Source: Tubulanus polymorphus
Taxonomy: Eukaryota; Animalia; Nemertea
Direction of reading: 5' to 3'
NCBI RefSeq assembly: GCF_964204645.1
Contig: NC_134035.1
Span: forward strand, 8,836,451-8,900,450
Length of the DNA: 64,000 bases
Position numbers and translations under genes: made by a program. The notes under the pieces are model-generated. The model was not told the DNA's origin. It saw only the letters and a program-made list of their open reading frames with translations, and made no database searches. Within the stretch, counting starts at the first letter, position 1, and each line of letters begins with the position of its first letter. Below are positions 38,201-49,651 of this stretch, piece by piece.

Positions 38201-38844
38201 GAGCCTCTGTCGAAATTCTTCTAACTAAAGCCTGGAAATTACCACCACTGACTGACATCCGTTTGACCGGTCTATTTCCGGTTTTACGGGAGAAAAAAGC
38301 GAACACAAGATTCAAAATACCTCAAATGGAAAAAGAAAAGAATGTCTCAATATCTTTAAGATTTTCAAGTGTTAAAATATCCGGAATGATACTTTTCAAA
38401 GTGTCTCATATTCGAAGCTGAGTTTCTGTAAACGCTTCAAATGCGTCAACTCAAACAGTTAAAAAGGTTCTAAAAAACCTTTTGAGAAAAATAATGTAGC
38501 AGCCCTTGAAATTTACCACCACTGACTGACATCCGTTTGACGAGTATATTCGCGGTTTTACGAGGAAAACAAAAGCGCACGCAAGACTCAAAATACTTCC
38601 AACGGAAAAAGAAATGAATGTGTCAATCTTTTAAGATTTTCATGTGTCAAAATATCAGGAATGATACTTCTCAAAGTGTGTCATATTCGAAGCTGAGTTT
38701 CTGTATACACGCTTCAAAAGCTTCAACTCAAACAGTTAAAAAGGTTCTTAATGTAATAACCTTTTGAGAAATGTAGCGGCCCTTTACAAACCTTAGCTGA
38801 CTCTTCCCGACAGCGACCCGTGCTGGACAGACTAGCCCCCTCTC
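32210..38844. repeat. Complex tandem satellite of 274-bp (S) and 425-bp (L) units sharing a core of about 240 bp
   Basis: 19 recurrences of AAACARTTAAAAAGGTTCT spaced 274 or 425 bp (e.g. 33966, 34391, 34816, 35241, 35515); linker order S L S L S L L L S S L L S L L S L S L. Confidence 0.97.
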
Positions 38845-38864
38845 TCGGAAAGAACATTGATCAA

Positions 38865-39237
38865 ACAAGAGTTGTGATCCTACAAGAGTTGTGATCCTAC
38901 AAGAGTTGTAATCCTACAAGAGTTGTAATCCTACGTTGTAATCCTACAAGAGTTATAATTATACACGAGTTGTAATCCTACACGAGTTATAATCCTGAAA
39001 GAGTTTTAATCCTACAAGAGTTTTAATCCTACAAGAGTTTTAATCCTACAAGAGTTTTAATCCTACAAGAGTTATAATCCTACAAGAGTTTTAATCCTAC
39101 AAGAGTTGTAATCCTACAAGAGTTTTAATCCTACAAGAGTTTTAATCCTACAAGAGTTTTAATCCTACAAGAGTTTTAATCCTACAAGAGTTGTAATCCT
39201 ACAAGAGTTGTAATCCTACAAGAGTTGTAATCCTACA
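38865..39237. repeat. 17-bp minisatellite (ACAAGAGTTDTAATCCT), about 22 copies
   Basis: Visible tandem repeat directly after the large satellite. Confidence 0.95.
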
Positions 39238-39374
39238 AAACTTAGATCAAAATTAAAACCATTACCGGGTAACATAGAACTAACCAGAACTAAGAGACAA
39301 ATTCAACAGCTTGCGACTTAGAAATCAACTCCGAGTGGTTAGAGATTGCGACCGTCCGAAGGAAGATCAGCTGC

Positions 39375-40155
39375 TAGTATATTGTTGATATCGTATCATC
39401 ATCAGATGATGATACGATCTAAATGACCGACAACGCAACTACACTTCAGAAAATCCTTGAAATGTTAATCGCTTATGTAAAGTGAAAATTGGTAATTGAT
39501 ATTAGTAAAACTAAAGTTATTGCATTCGAAATTAAATAAAGTGAGACAGCCAGCGGTCCTGTATCGACGGGCTGTTATTTGATATACTGTATCTGAATTC
39601 TAACAGACTTGCCATGGATTGATGATATCAACCTCTAAATGTACGTATGAAATGTAGAATACCTCTGCATAGAATGAATACCTCTAGATACAGAATGTAC
39701 AAAATGATTCGAGGACAAGAACAATACTTTACATCATTATATGGTGAAGCCAAAAAATCTCACTCTGTAGATTTAGATGTTGCATCAACCATGAATTACC
39801 ATTAGAGACTCTGTGGTAGATATGGAAAAAAAACCACGGAACGAACGAGTTTGCAATAAATGCAAACTGAATACAATTGGCGCCGAATACCATTTTATAG
39901 TGGAGTGTGAATTTTTCAGCGATGTTAGGAATTTGTGTTTATCGAACAGATATAAAAAATTGTGCAAATCACTTCGAATTTAATCAGATAACAGTCTATC
40001 TAAATAGATTACTACTACCCGGCTGTTATAGCTAGAGCTTTTATTATGTACAAATTAGCCAGCTTCGATTCGTATATAGTTGTATTCATATCATATTTTG
40101 TTATGCTCGATCGGAAGAATTGTATATCTAGGAACAATAAACTAAACTTAAAGCT
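39375..40155 (+). mobile_element. Decayed, internally deleted non-LTR retrotransposon (LINE) fragment
   Basis: Broken frames give the RT tail LQKILEMLIAY...ISKTKVIAF and the C-terminal motif RFRC..NHELPLET.GRY..PRNERVCNKC....GAEYHFIVEC; it ends with AATAAACTAAACTTAAA. Confidence 0.75.
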
Positions 40156-41760
40156 ACACGAGTGACCGGCGATATAGAAACGCTTCATTCGCTGTCTTTT
40201 TTTCTAAATTGATGAAGCCTATTTATTTTGTCCAATAGATCCATTGCTTGTTCAATAATTCTATGTTGTTTTTATATATACTATAAGTTTAGATATGAAC
40301 GCACGTCGATAATAGGATCATCTTTTAAGTTGCAAAAGTTAAATATCAATGGTTTCTATACTCACCATTACTGGATCAGTTGACACATTACGGCTGAGTT
40401 GTTCTCTTTGTGGGCCAGTGGTTTGTGGAGCAAACATTCAAGTTGTTGTAGAACAATAAATATCCTTACAGTCGCGTTCCGAATTGAGTGTCTTCTTGCT
40501 TACGTCACATAGGTTATATAGAAGTTCGTTGAAGCATGGATCGTACCGCGCTGATATGACGTATTACCGCGAACCTGTGCACAAAAATGAAATCAGAGAT
40601 TTTAAAACAAAATCTTGCTATCGAAAGCCATACATTGTAATATCTTGAAAACATTGAATCATCCGGAATTTGCTGGATTTTTTCAACGAATTTAAAAAAG
40701 TATTGAATGTCTGAAATCATGAAACACGGGCCTTGTAAATGCTATGGATGAACAAGTCTCCCGATGTTGAATATTTCAGAGGATAAAATAAGTTAAATGT
40801 CGATTCTAAAAAGAACAATCGAATACAGTTTTCACAGAAAGAGTTTGACTGTTTGAGAGTTTAAGTTTAGCGCGTAAAATCAAAAGGAAGCAACAAAATC
40901 TAAACCGACACAAATTTTGTTTGATTTAGATCATTAAAGTATTGATAAAATCGAGAATTATACTTACTGTCTTCGATAGTTGTTCCATGCGAGAAACTTT
41001 CGTCGTTTGCATTTGTAGTACAAATTCAAAAGAAAGGTTTTAATAATTGAAGAACTCGGTGCGGTGCGGTGTCGTCGCCCGTGTCCAGTAGTTTGTGTTT
41101 CGCGCTAGAGTGACCAGAACTATATTCGGCCTAACGATTTTATACCGGAGGGCAAATAATCCTTCCGCCCAGATATAGTTCTTCAATAATTATATTTTGA
41201 CGCCCTAAATACAGAGGATAAACATCAAATCATGTGTTTATAACATGAAACATTAGCGGGTATTTAAAACCCGGTTTGCTGCTTATTGTGTCACCTATTG
41301 AACAAACCCTGAAATCATACACCACTGTATTTCATATCGCATTTAATGAAGGAATGCTTATAACAACTGTACATTTCGAAACTGTCAGAAAATCATCAAA
41401 ATGGCTGTCTGTGGCCGCTTTTAGCTATTCGGGCTATGGTGATACTTTAAAATAGGGTCCAAATTCTGTTAGAACATTTCAACATATCCCCCATGAAATT
41501 CATTGATAATTTCGGGTCCTCAGGCCGGACTCGAGCCCGGTTTGGATTTTCGCAATAATAACTAATTAGTTAGGTATCTTCTTCTCAGTGTTGTGAGAAT
41601 GACAGATCATTGAATAATGACTCAATGAGGTATGTATTTTCAAACTCAAAATTCTTTTTAATCAGTAGGGTAATCGGTACATTCCATCCCGCCACTGTTG
41701 AATACTCGCATATACCGTACAGTGCTGCCATCTTCAAGCTGGCAATCTGTCAAAACATCG

Positions 41761-41819
41761 AGGTCACCGGGTCGATATATGACGTCATAGAGAGATTTAT
41801 AAACAGAAAAGTCACATGA
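41761..41819 (+). promoter_or_regulatory. Putative TMEM86A core promoter: nuclear-receptor half-sites, CRE, TATA-like box, E/M-box
   Basis: AGGTCA-cc-GGGTCG 41761-41774, TGACGTCA 41780-41787, TTTATAAA about 41796-41803, GTCACATGA 41811-41819, all 110-170 bp before the ATG. Motif matches only. Confidence 0.4.
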
Positions 41820-41927
41820 AATCAGTACCACACACATGAACCAGTTTGATTGAACCAACAGTTCATTCACTCGTTGCACTAATACTATATAGATAGAGAA
41901 GCTCGACATAAAAAGCACGAAAACAAC

Positions 41928-42881
41928 ATGACGCGTCCACTTACAGTGGTAAGTGTTTTGCTGTTTTTTTATCTGCGTATCATTTTTAAATGAAAATTAA
42001 AAAGTGGATTTTGCCAATCCGCCATCAGGCATCAGCTGTTAAAAACTTTCTGTCACGAATCGTTTGTTTGGTTTGATTTGAATTCAGATTAAGCTACTAA
42101 ACGAGTATTTCAAGTTATAGCAAGTCCTTATATAATATTTAATTTCTCTCTGATATTTTCGCAGTTGAAGAGCGTCGGACCGAAGTTAGTTCCGTTTTTC
42201 AAAACGGTGGCGCTGTTCTTCGTGTTGTACCGCGGCGAATCGTACTCGTCGATATTCTACGCGATATTCAAGTGCCTGCCGATAATATCGTTGATATTTT
42301 TCGTCCTGTTGCACGGCATGAATTTCTCCGAGGTCTACTCGTATTCGCGACGCATCCTGATCGGTCTCGTGTTCTCGCTACTCGGCGACATCTGCATGGT
42401 TTATAAAACGGCCGGTTACTTCCTTCACGGCGTCGCTCTCTTCGGCGTCGCTCAGCTACTATACGCCTCGGCGTTCGGTATGCGCCCTTTTAACTTCAAG
42501 GCCGGCGGCGTGGTCGCGTCCCTCGGCGTAATAATCTACACGTTCGTTTTCTACCCGGCGATCACCGGTGTTTTATCGCCGGCGATCGGCGTGTACATGG
42601 CGCTGATCGGCGTAATGGTATGGCGCGCCGTTTCGCGCGTACAGCTATTCGACGACTTGTGGACGTGGACGAAGCTGTGCAGCTGCGGCGGCGCGATCCT
42701 GTTCGGGATTTCCGACATGATAATCGCGTTGGATAAATTCGTCATCGACATACCGCTGTCGCAGACGATCATCATGATCACGTATTACGGAGCGCAGTTG
42801 GGTATTACGCTTTCGGTCGTCGACAGTCACGTCGATTCCCTCATCGAAACGACGAAGCCGCGACCGATTAAGGTCGATTAA
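41928..42881 (+). CDS. TMEM86A: Lysoplasmalogenase-like protein (YhhN family), 245 aa
   Basis: Exons 41928-41948 (MTRPLTV) and 42165-42881; motifs KSVGPKLVPFFK, KCLPI, GLVFSLLGD, MVWRA, GAILFGISD, IMITYYGAQLGI. Confidence 0.93.
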
Positions 42882-43796
42882 AAAGACAGTTATCGCACGT
42901 AAAATAAACTAGGCCTATTAAGGACTACGAACTAGGAGCAGTAGACCTTCAGTATTATCATAACATCTTTTGAAAGCAACTGAAAGTTGTTGCTATTTTG
43001 AATGATCGCGTAAGTTTGGGTATCAATCTACAGCCTGGATCCAGCTCCCCCTCGACGTGAAGCGTTGGTACTCGGTTCTTGAAAACGCGTCGATAAAATC
43101 AGGTTCTTATAGTTCATTTTAGATTGAAAATGTCTCGGGTGAAGTACTGAACACAAGTGAAGTGCGGACGATCAGTTTTTGATTGTGTGCTGATAAGATG
43201 TCTTATGCCTGGTGTTCGTAGTTCATTTTCAATTAGCTATTTCTTAATGCTGAAAACATGTTTAGCGTGGACGATCAGTTTTTGAAAGTATCTGATAGAA
43301 TGTATAACATCTGGTTTTACTTAAAATGTGTCGGGTGAAATCCGAAGCCTGGATGATCAAAAATTAGAAGAAGGGCGATAAAATATCGAAAGGGGCTGCA
43401 GGGTCAAGGCAGCAGATTGATACCTATGTAAGCAAAAAAGGGGCATTTTAGATTGTTAATGATACTATAGGAATATAGCAATATTTGGTCTGTGCTGTGG
43501 CTGTCCTGTTGGTTGTAAAGCAGTTTCTCTCTTCAACGGAATATTCCGTCGATATTGAAGTTGCGCGTGTTGTACCGGAGTGGGATTAAATATAAACTAG
43601 CCAGATTTCACTCAGGGACATTTTTCTGTACAGTTTTATCCTCTTAAAACGAGACATTATTTGTAAAAAGTGTTTGTATCGATAACCGAGTAATGATTAA
43701 AAGGACTTGATGTAAATGATTACTTAGAATGGGGGGATAGCCTCTAGGTTTAAGTTCTATCCGATGCGTTTAAAAATGGTCTGTAACAAAAATCCA

Positions 43797-44035
43797 GGGG
43801 CTGCAGTTGCTCAAAAGATGGTTAGAGTTAACCAGTGGATAGTTGACATAGTGACGTTTAAATCTGAATTGTTAATATGGACCCAGTTCCACAGTTGTGA
43901 CTTAACTCTGAGTTAAAGTTAGTTCATTTTCAATGAGTTATCTCTTAGTCAAATCTTCACTCATAACTGTGGACCTGGACCTATAGTATTTATCCAGCAG
44001 CTTATCTTTGACCAACTTCTGAGCGACTGGCTCTA
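43797..44035. mobile_element. Harbinger-like MITE with a second MITE nested inside (about 43880-43980)
   Basis: Outer ends CAGTTGCTCAAAAG and CTTCTGAGCGACTG; inner GACCCAGTTCCACAG family copy. Confidence 0.6.
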
Positions 44036-46245
44036 GCATTTACGGTTTTTAATTGTAATTGAAATGTTTGGTTTTCTGCTTGAAAAATTGGCACGATATC
44101 CTTGTAAGGCACATGATACGTTTAAGTTAAATATGGGGTTAAGTGTCAAGCAAAGTTCATGGTTGCGTAATGTATAAGTATACTTTGGCTCATAATATAA
44201 ATGTCATGTAAGGTTTTTTTCACCAATATTTCTTAGCCAATATATGCGCACTGAATGTTTGGCGAGAGAATTAGAACACTTAGTTTTACCGGGATGATGA
44301 ATAGTGCAGATAGAGCCTATAGTGATAAATTAATTATAAAGGAACAAATAAGGTGTTGAAGAATAAGGCAGCGTTTTAAATTTGTCAATCAGATTTTGTT
44401 CGATACTTAAAAAGATAAAGGGTTTCTTTTCGTACATTCATGTCATCATGATCTATCTTTGACCTTTCCAACTTTTTTTCGGTTTGTTAGTTTCATCACG
44501 TGCGTGTACCATCGGTCATAATATTCTCAGCAAATTTGGCTAATGTCCATTAACTAGGGGCAGAATTAACCTAATGTTTTCTCCTAATTTGGCTGATGTC
44601 CATAAAGTAGGAGCTTAAACTAATTGTAATGTTTTCAATTCATTTTCACGGGGGGGGGGGGGGGGGCCCAATAGAACCCTTGAGCCATTTGGACTCGAGC
44701 CATATTTGTTGTTACGAGAGAATATGTTTGAATTATTATAAATCTGGCACTGAACTAAATTAAATTCTCTTGGGGGGATTCAATCTGATTTGTCGAGGTG
44801 CGCGTCATGTTTTGTTATTAAAACATTGATGGTCGAAATCCTGTTGTTCGCATCAGGAACAGCTGGTCCATTGTCAAGTCATTGAAAACATAATAATCCG
44901 CTGCAGAAAGGAAAATAAAACTAGCGTGTAAATATGTAGTACAGCTGCCTGTTTTCCAAATGAATCAAAGGCATTTAAGTCGCGAGTCGGATAAGATAAT
45001 TACGTAGATAACGTCACAATCTGCGAACATGTGCCTCGATTTCGATCGGAAAATATTCAGATTTCTGCATTTTAAGCGAAGATACATAACATATCAACAC
45101 GATAGAAGAGGTTCGCCGTTTTCTTATAACGGTATAAACGACATTTAAATACCGGTATTTATTTCATTTTGATGTACATAGTCTCTAGACGTGCGTCATT
45201 TCCACAATTTCATCTATCAATGCAAAATTATAATATATATATCTGTATATGTGTAAAGTAGATCGAATTGCTGTATTTTGTATGAATATTCTGTTCGTGT
45301 TATGAAAAAAGACTGTAATGTAAATATTTCAGTCGGTAGTCGGTGTTAGACCCGGTGAATGAAAGAATGAATAAAAGGATATTTGTATGAATTTTTTGTG
45401 CGCCCCAAAAATGTATTATTACTATAGAATACTACTGCCCCGATTGTCAATACTTCTATGTAAGGTTTCTAGACTATAGCTTCGTTTGATTGTTAGAGGT
45501 TGCCAACCTTTGCGATTTTTTTTTGTTCGCCAAACGAAAAGTGAAAATGAGTCAAGTCGTCACATGCTTTTTGTAATATCGTGTACTAATCTAATCTGTT
45601 TAAGTCGTGTCAACTTATTGTAACCTGAAGATTTTTTGTGTCACCACTAAAATACCAGATAAATTTTTTGATTCCAAAGTACATTTTAATAGCACACTTT
45701 ATTTCTATTGTTATAATGAGAATATATAGTATTGGAAGTTTAAAGTCTTACAAGCGAAGCACGTCTTACATATTTGTACTCATCGTTCTTGTTGTTGTTC
45801 ATAAAATTTTGAGAAATCTGAATAAATTTAGTGAATTTTCCTCAAAAACGATCTTTCGTTTTGATTCTTTTGCATATCGGGGGCATTAGAGAAACGAGAT
45901 ATGGATTCAGAGATCGACCCCTTTACTACTGAAGTTTATGAAGCCTCCTTATTGTATTACAACGACAATGATTACAATGATTATGGATAGATTGAGTGTT
46001 TTACCCATCAGAACTGGTTTCATACGTATTTCCACTTCAATTGAAAAAGGCGTGTAATCGCTTGTATTTCATGGAATTACCCGTTACAATGGTACACGTA
46101 TTGATTGATTCATTGGTGTAGATTTCCAGGTTTTGCTACTGACAAAACCCCGGGGGACATTTTTGAATAGACAGCGACAGCTAGTTACCATGGTATCATG
46201 ATGTAGTTAACCATGATAATAACTATTAAATCCATATGTGGAACT

Positions 46246-46445
46246 TGGTCCTGGTCCTACTGATGTCAACCAGGGGTCCTGGTCCTACTACTGTCAACTG
46301 GTGGTCCTGGTACTGCTGACATCAACTGGTGGTCCTGGTCCGACTGATGTCAACTGGGGGTCCTGGTCCAATTGATGTCAACTGATGGTCCTGGTAGTGC
46401 TGACATACTGGTGGTCTTACTGATGTCAGCTGGTAGTCCTGGTAC
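46246..46445. repeat. Degenerate 28-bp minisatellite (CTACTGATGTCAACTGGTGGTCCTGGTC), about 7 copies
   Basis: Recurrent GGTCCTGGT and GTCAAC motifs at about 28-bp spacing. Confidence 0.85.
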
Positions 46446-47140
46446 ACATTGATCGTGCAGTTTTTTCTAGGGCAGTGCTTTACAGATTCTCAGAAATGGA
46501 ACCACCTGTGTCGGTTGATTAGTTTTGTTCAATTCATTGCTGGGTGAACTCACTCCAGGGTTCTATATTTGACAACTGAACAGCTGTTGTATGACATGTA
46601 CTATAATACGCACATTATGACAACTGTTTTTGCGTGAATTTTTTCCCCGCGTCATATCGAATCATATGTTACGCCATAGACATCACCTATACAGCAAACG
46701 CATTCAAAGAAAAAATTGTCAAAAAAATATTTTTTTCCACGATAAAATGTTCTTTTATTCATATTCGCATCCGAAAATGTAACAATTTTTGATGTTATAG
46801 TTAGGCGTATAAAGGACTGAGGCAATGTCTGAGAGAATTGATCAATGTTTTGAAGTAACAACACACAAAATTTAGCATACTTGCTTCAGGCTTATGCAAT
46901 ACATACATCACTGGAACCATTACTTTATCTGACGAATTCATGGCGTACTGTAAGATATCTCATCTTTCTGATGAAAAAAATTCATTCAACTATCTATGAC
47001 TGGATGAGCTCTGAGGTTACTATTACTAACAACCACTGTCAGTGCGGAATAGCCCTCACTGTTTATAGAGTTCATTTGGTCGACAAATTTCAACTTCAAT
47101 GAACGAACTCGAATCTCTGATTTCAAACTTCCGAGTTCGT

Positions 47141-49300
47141 TCAACTAAATCGCGCTCTCTTTTTATATTTCGTGTTAGGTATTGCGTTGTGTTGTCTCAT
47201 TACTCGTACGGCTTCTCGTAAGTGTTTCGGTTGAAGGGGTCCTTCTTCATTTAACTTCTCCTTCATATTCAATGCTGCAAAAATAGAAAACAAAAAATAA
47301 AAAACATCATAAAAACAATTGAATAGGAGTTTTGCTTTTTTAAATAGAGAGCCAAGTGGGTGTCAGATATCTAGGAGTCTAGTGTCTTGAAACAAGAGAG
47401 TTCTATGGGCACTGAGTGGAGTGTCAGATATCTAGGAGTCTAGCGTTTTGAAACAAGAGGGTTCTATGGGCACTGAGTGGAGTGTCAGATATCTAGGAGT
47501 CTAGTGTTTTGAAACAAGAGGGTTCTATGGGCACTGAGTGGAGTGTCAGATATCTAGGAGTCTAGTGTTTTGAAACAAGAGGGTTCTATGGGCACTGAGT
47601 GGAGTGTCAGATATCTAGGAGTCTAGTGTTTTGAAACAAGAGGGTTCTATGGGCACCGAGTGGAGTGTCAGATATCTAGGAGTCTAGTGTTTTGAAACAA
47701 GAGGGTTCTATGGGCACCGAGTGGAGTGACTGATATCTAGGAGTCTAGTGTTTTGAAACAAGAGGGTTCTATAGTATTGGCAGGTGAAAGATACGTAAGT
47801 GATAACTGGTATCTACTGCATCACGGAAAACAAGACTGGTGAAGTCAACTATCAGTGAGTTATCCACCACTATTGGACCGATGTCTTTGAGGGTGATTAG
47901 TGAATAAGACAACTGAACATCCATAAAGGACAAAATTTTTGTAATCAAGAGATTCATTGAAAACAGAATATTCCAATGGGGACCCTGTACAATCCGATCA
48001 AATGAGAAACTACTATTTACCTTCTTCGACTATTTCACCGACATAAACTTTGGCAATTCCCGACATGGCTATCACTACATTCTGAGAGATGGATGTACCA
48101 GCAATAGACTGCATTAACTAGAAATGTAATTAGAAATCACGTTTCATTCAATTTCGAACAGATTTTAACGAGAAGACCCAATTATTATCATTAGTTACTT
48201 ACTCTTTTAACGGCAGCTTTCGGAAAAGCCGCTCGACGAAACATTTCATATCTGTTCAGCTGACTTTCCGAGAAATTAGACACAAGTAATCTGTGAGATA
48301 ATAAACATTTGTGACTCTATAATCAGGAAAGTGCAAGAGCAACAAACAAGCCCTGGCAAACTAATCGTTTGTAGTTTAGCTTTCATAATTGGATCAGCTT
48401 TAGTCTCATACCTAGCTGTTGTTCCCAAAAATTTTTTTTTCTTTTTTTAAGGTGCCATCAATTTGACAAGCTTTGGCTTTCTTTTGGCATCCTTGCTGTT
48501 ATATTGGAATTATTTACCACCCATTAGACTATTATATAGTGTAACTTACGTTTTTTCTACGTATAATGTTTTTATGTTTACTTGTAATTTCAAATCATTC
48601 AGAAATAAAGAATATCTATCAATCAATCAATCAGTTGTGAACCCGTAACAACGACTGGTATTCAGACGAGTTGGTTACCTAATCTTTGGTGGTAAGCTTT
48701 TATAATCGGATGTTTTAAAAATATCCGATCATGAAATTTAACGACAGACAAGGTCCTGACTACCCCCTTTTATCACACCATTAGAACGCCCTCCCCGTAT
48801 GATCTCGTCCATAAGATCGCAAGAACCCCCTGCAACACGTACTGCAGTTTTTGACGTTCTTCCTCTTGTTTGATTTTCCTGGATTTAGCCGCAGCCACTT
48901 GACCATCATCATTGCGCTCCTCATCGGCAGCAGCGGCAGCTTCTCCTTGAGTCGTCTTCGAGGTCGAGAGTGCGGCAGAAGGCGCAGTAGCTCCGCTATC
49001 GCCACTTGTCGTTCCACGATCCGAACTTTTCTTATCCTTTTCATCGACGACTGGCACCGATTTTTCGGTTTTTGGGGCTCCAGCATCTGTATTCTTAGAT
49101 TGCTGGAGGATAGGCTTTTCCTCAGCAGATTCCTCACAATTCGAAGAGGATTTTTTTTCGACTCGACTTTTTTCACCAACATTAACAACCTCCTGCATGT
49201 TCTCATCTTGCTCGAATTCGTCATTTTCTACTTTTATTTTCACTTCGTCATAATCTGTCGTTATTTTCACTTCTTCCACGATTTTATTTTCACAATCCAT
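47141..49300 (-). CDS. TAF11: TFIID subunit 11, 258 aa
   Basis: Exons 49300-48843, 48290-48203, 48117-48021, 47274-47141. Histone fold: [42 protein letters not shown]...[22 protein letters not shown]...[12 protein letters not shown]. Confidence 0.96.
47360..47772. repeat. 61-bp minisatellite, about 7 copies, in TAF11 intron 3
   Basis: Unit GTGTCAGATATCTAGGAGTCTAGTGTTTTGAAACAAGAGGGTTCTATGGGCACTGAGTGGA at 47360, 47421, 47482 and onward. Confidence 0.95.
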
Positions 49301-49651
49301 CGTTTAATACTGCACGAAAACTAAAAAGAACTTTTCTTGAAATAAATTTTGATTGAATTGATCGAGAAAGTTTGCTTGCCAGGGTCGGCTCATACAACAC
49401 AATTCAATAGAAGTTTATTGACGCTTGCATTTTACAATAAAGCCCTTCTTGATCATTGTTTTATATGTGAATAACTAGTTCTCAGTCTGTATCATTTGAA
49501 ACCTTTTTTGGCGATGGGTCAGCAGTTTTTTGTGGGTAATTTTGAAAGTTCGCTAGAGAGGGCAGCACCTGCCGTAAACCCGAAAGTGAAGTAGTTGTTC
49601 GCAGGAATTCATCATTTTATCACTGTTTAACACCGTTTATCACCGTTTATC
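49301..49651. promoter_or_regulatory. Putative bidirectional promoter between TAF11 and the TXNDC9-like gene
   Basis: Only 351 bp separate the divergent start codons. Confidence 0.7.

Noticed and set aside
32210-38844. Satellite as a CRISPR-like array, retrozyme, or 5S/snRNA tandem
   Set aside because: The linkers are two recurring types rather than unique spacers. I saw no CUGANGA...GAAA core with supporting stems, no Sm site and no 5S/tRNA signature on either strand.
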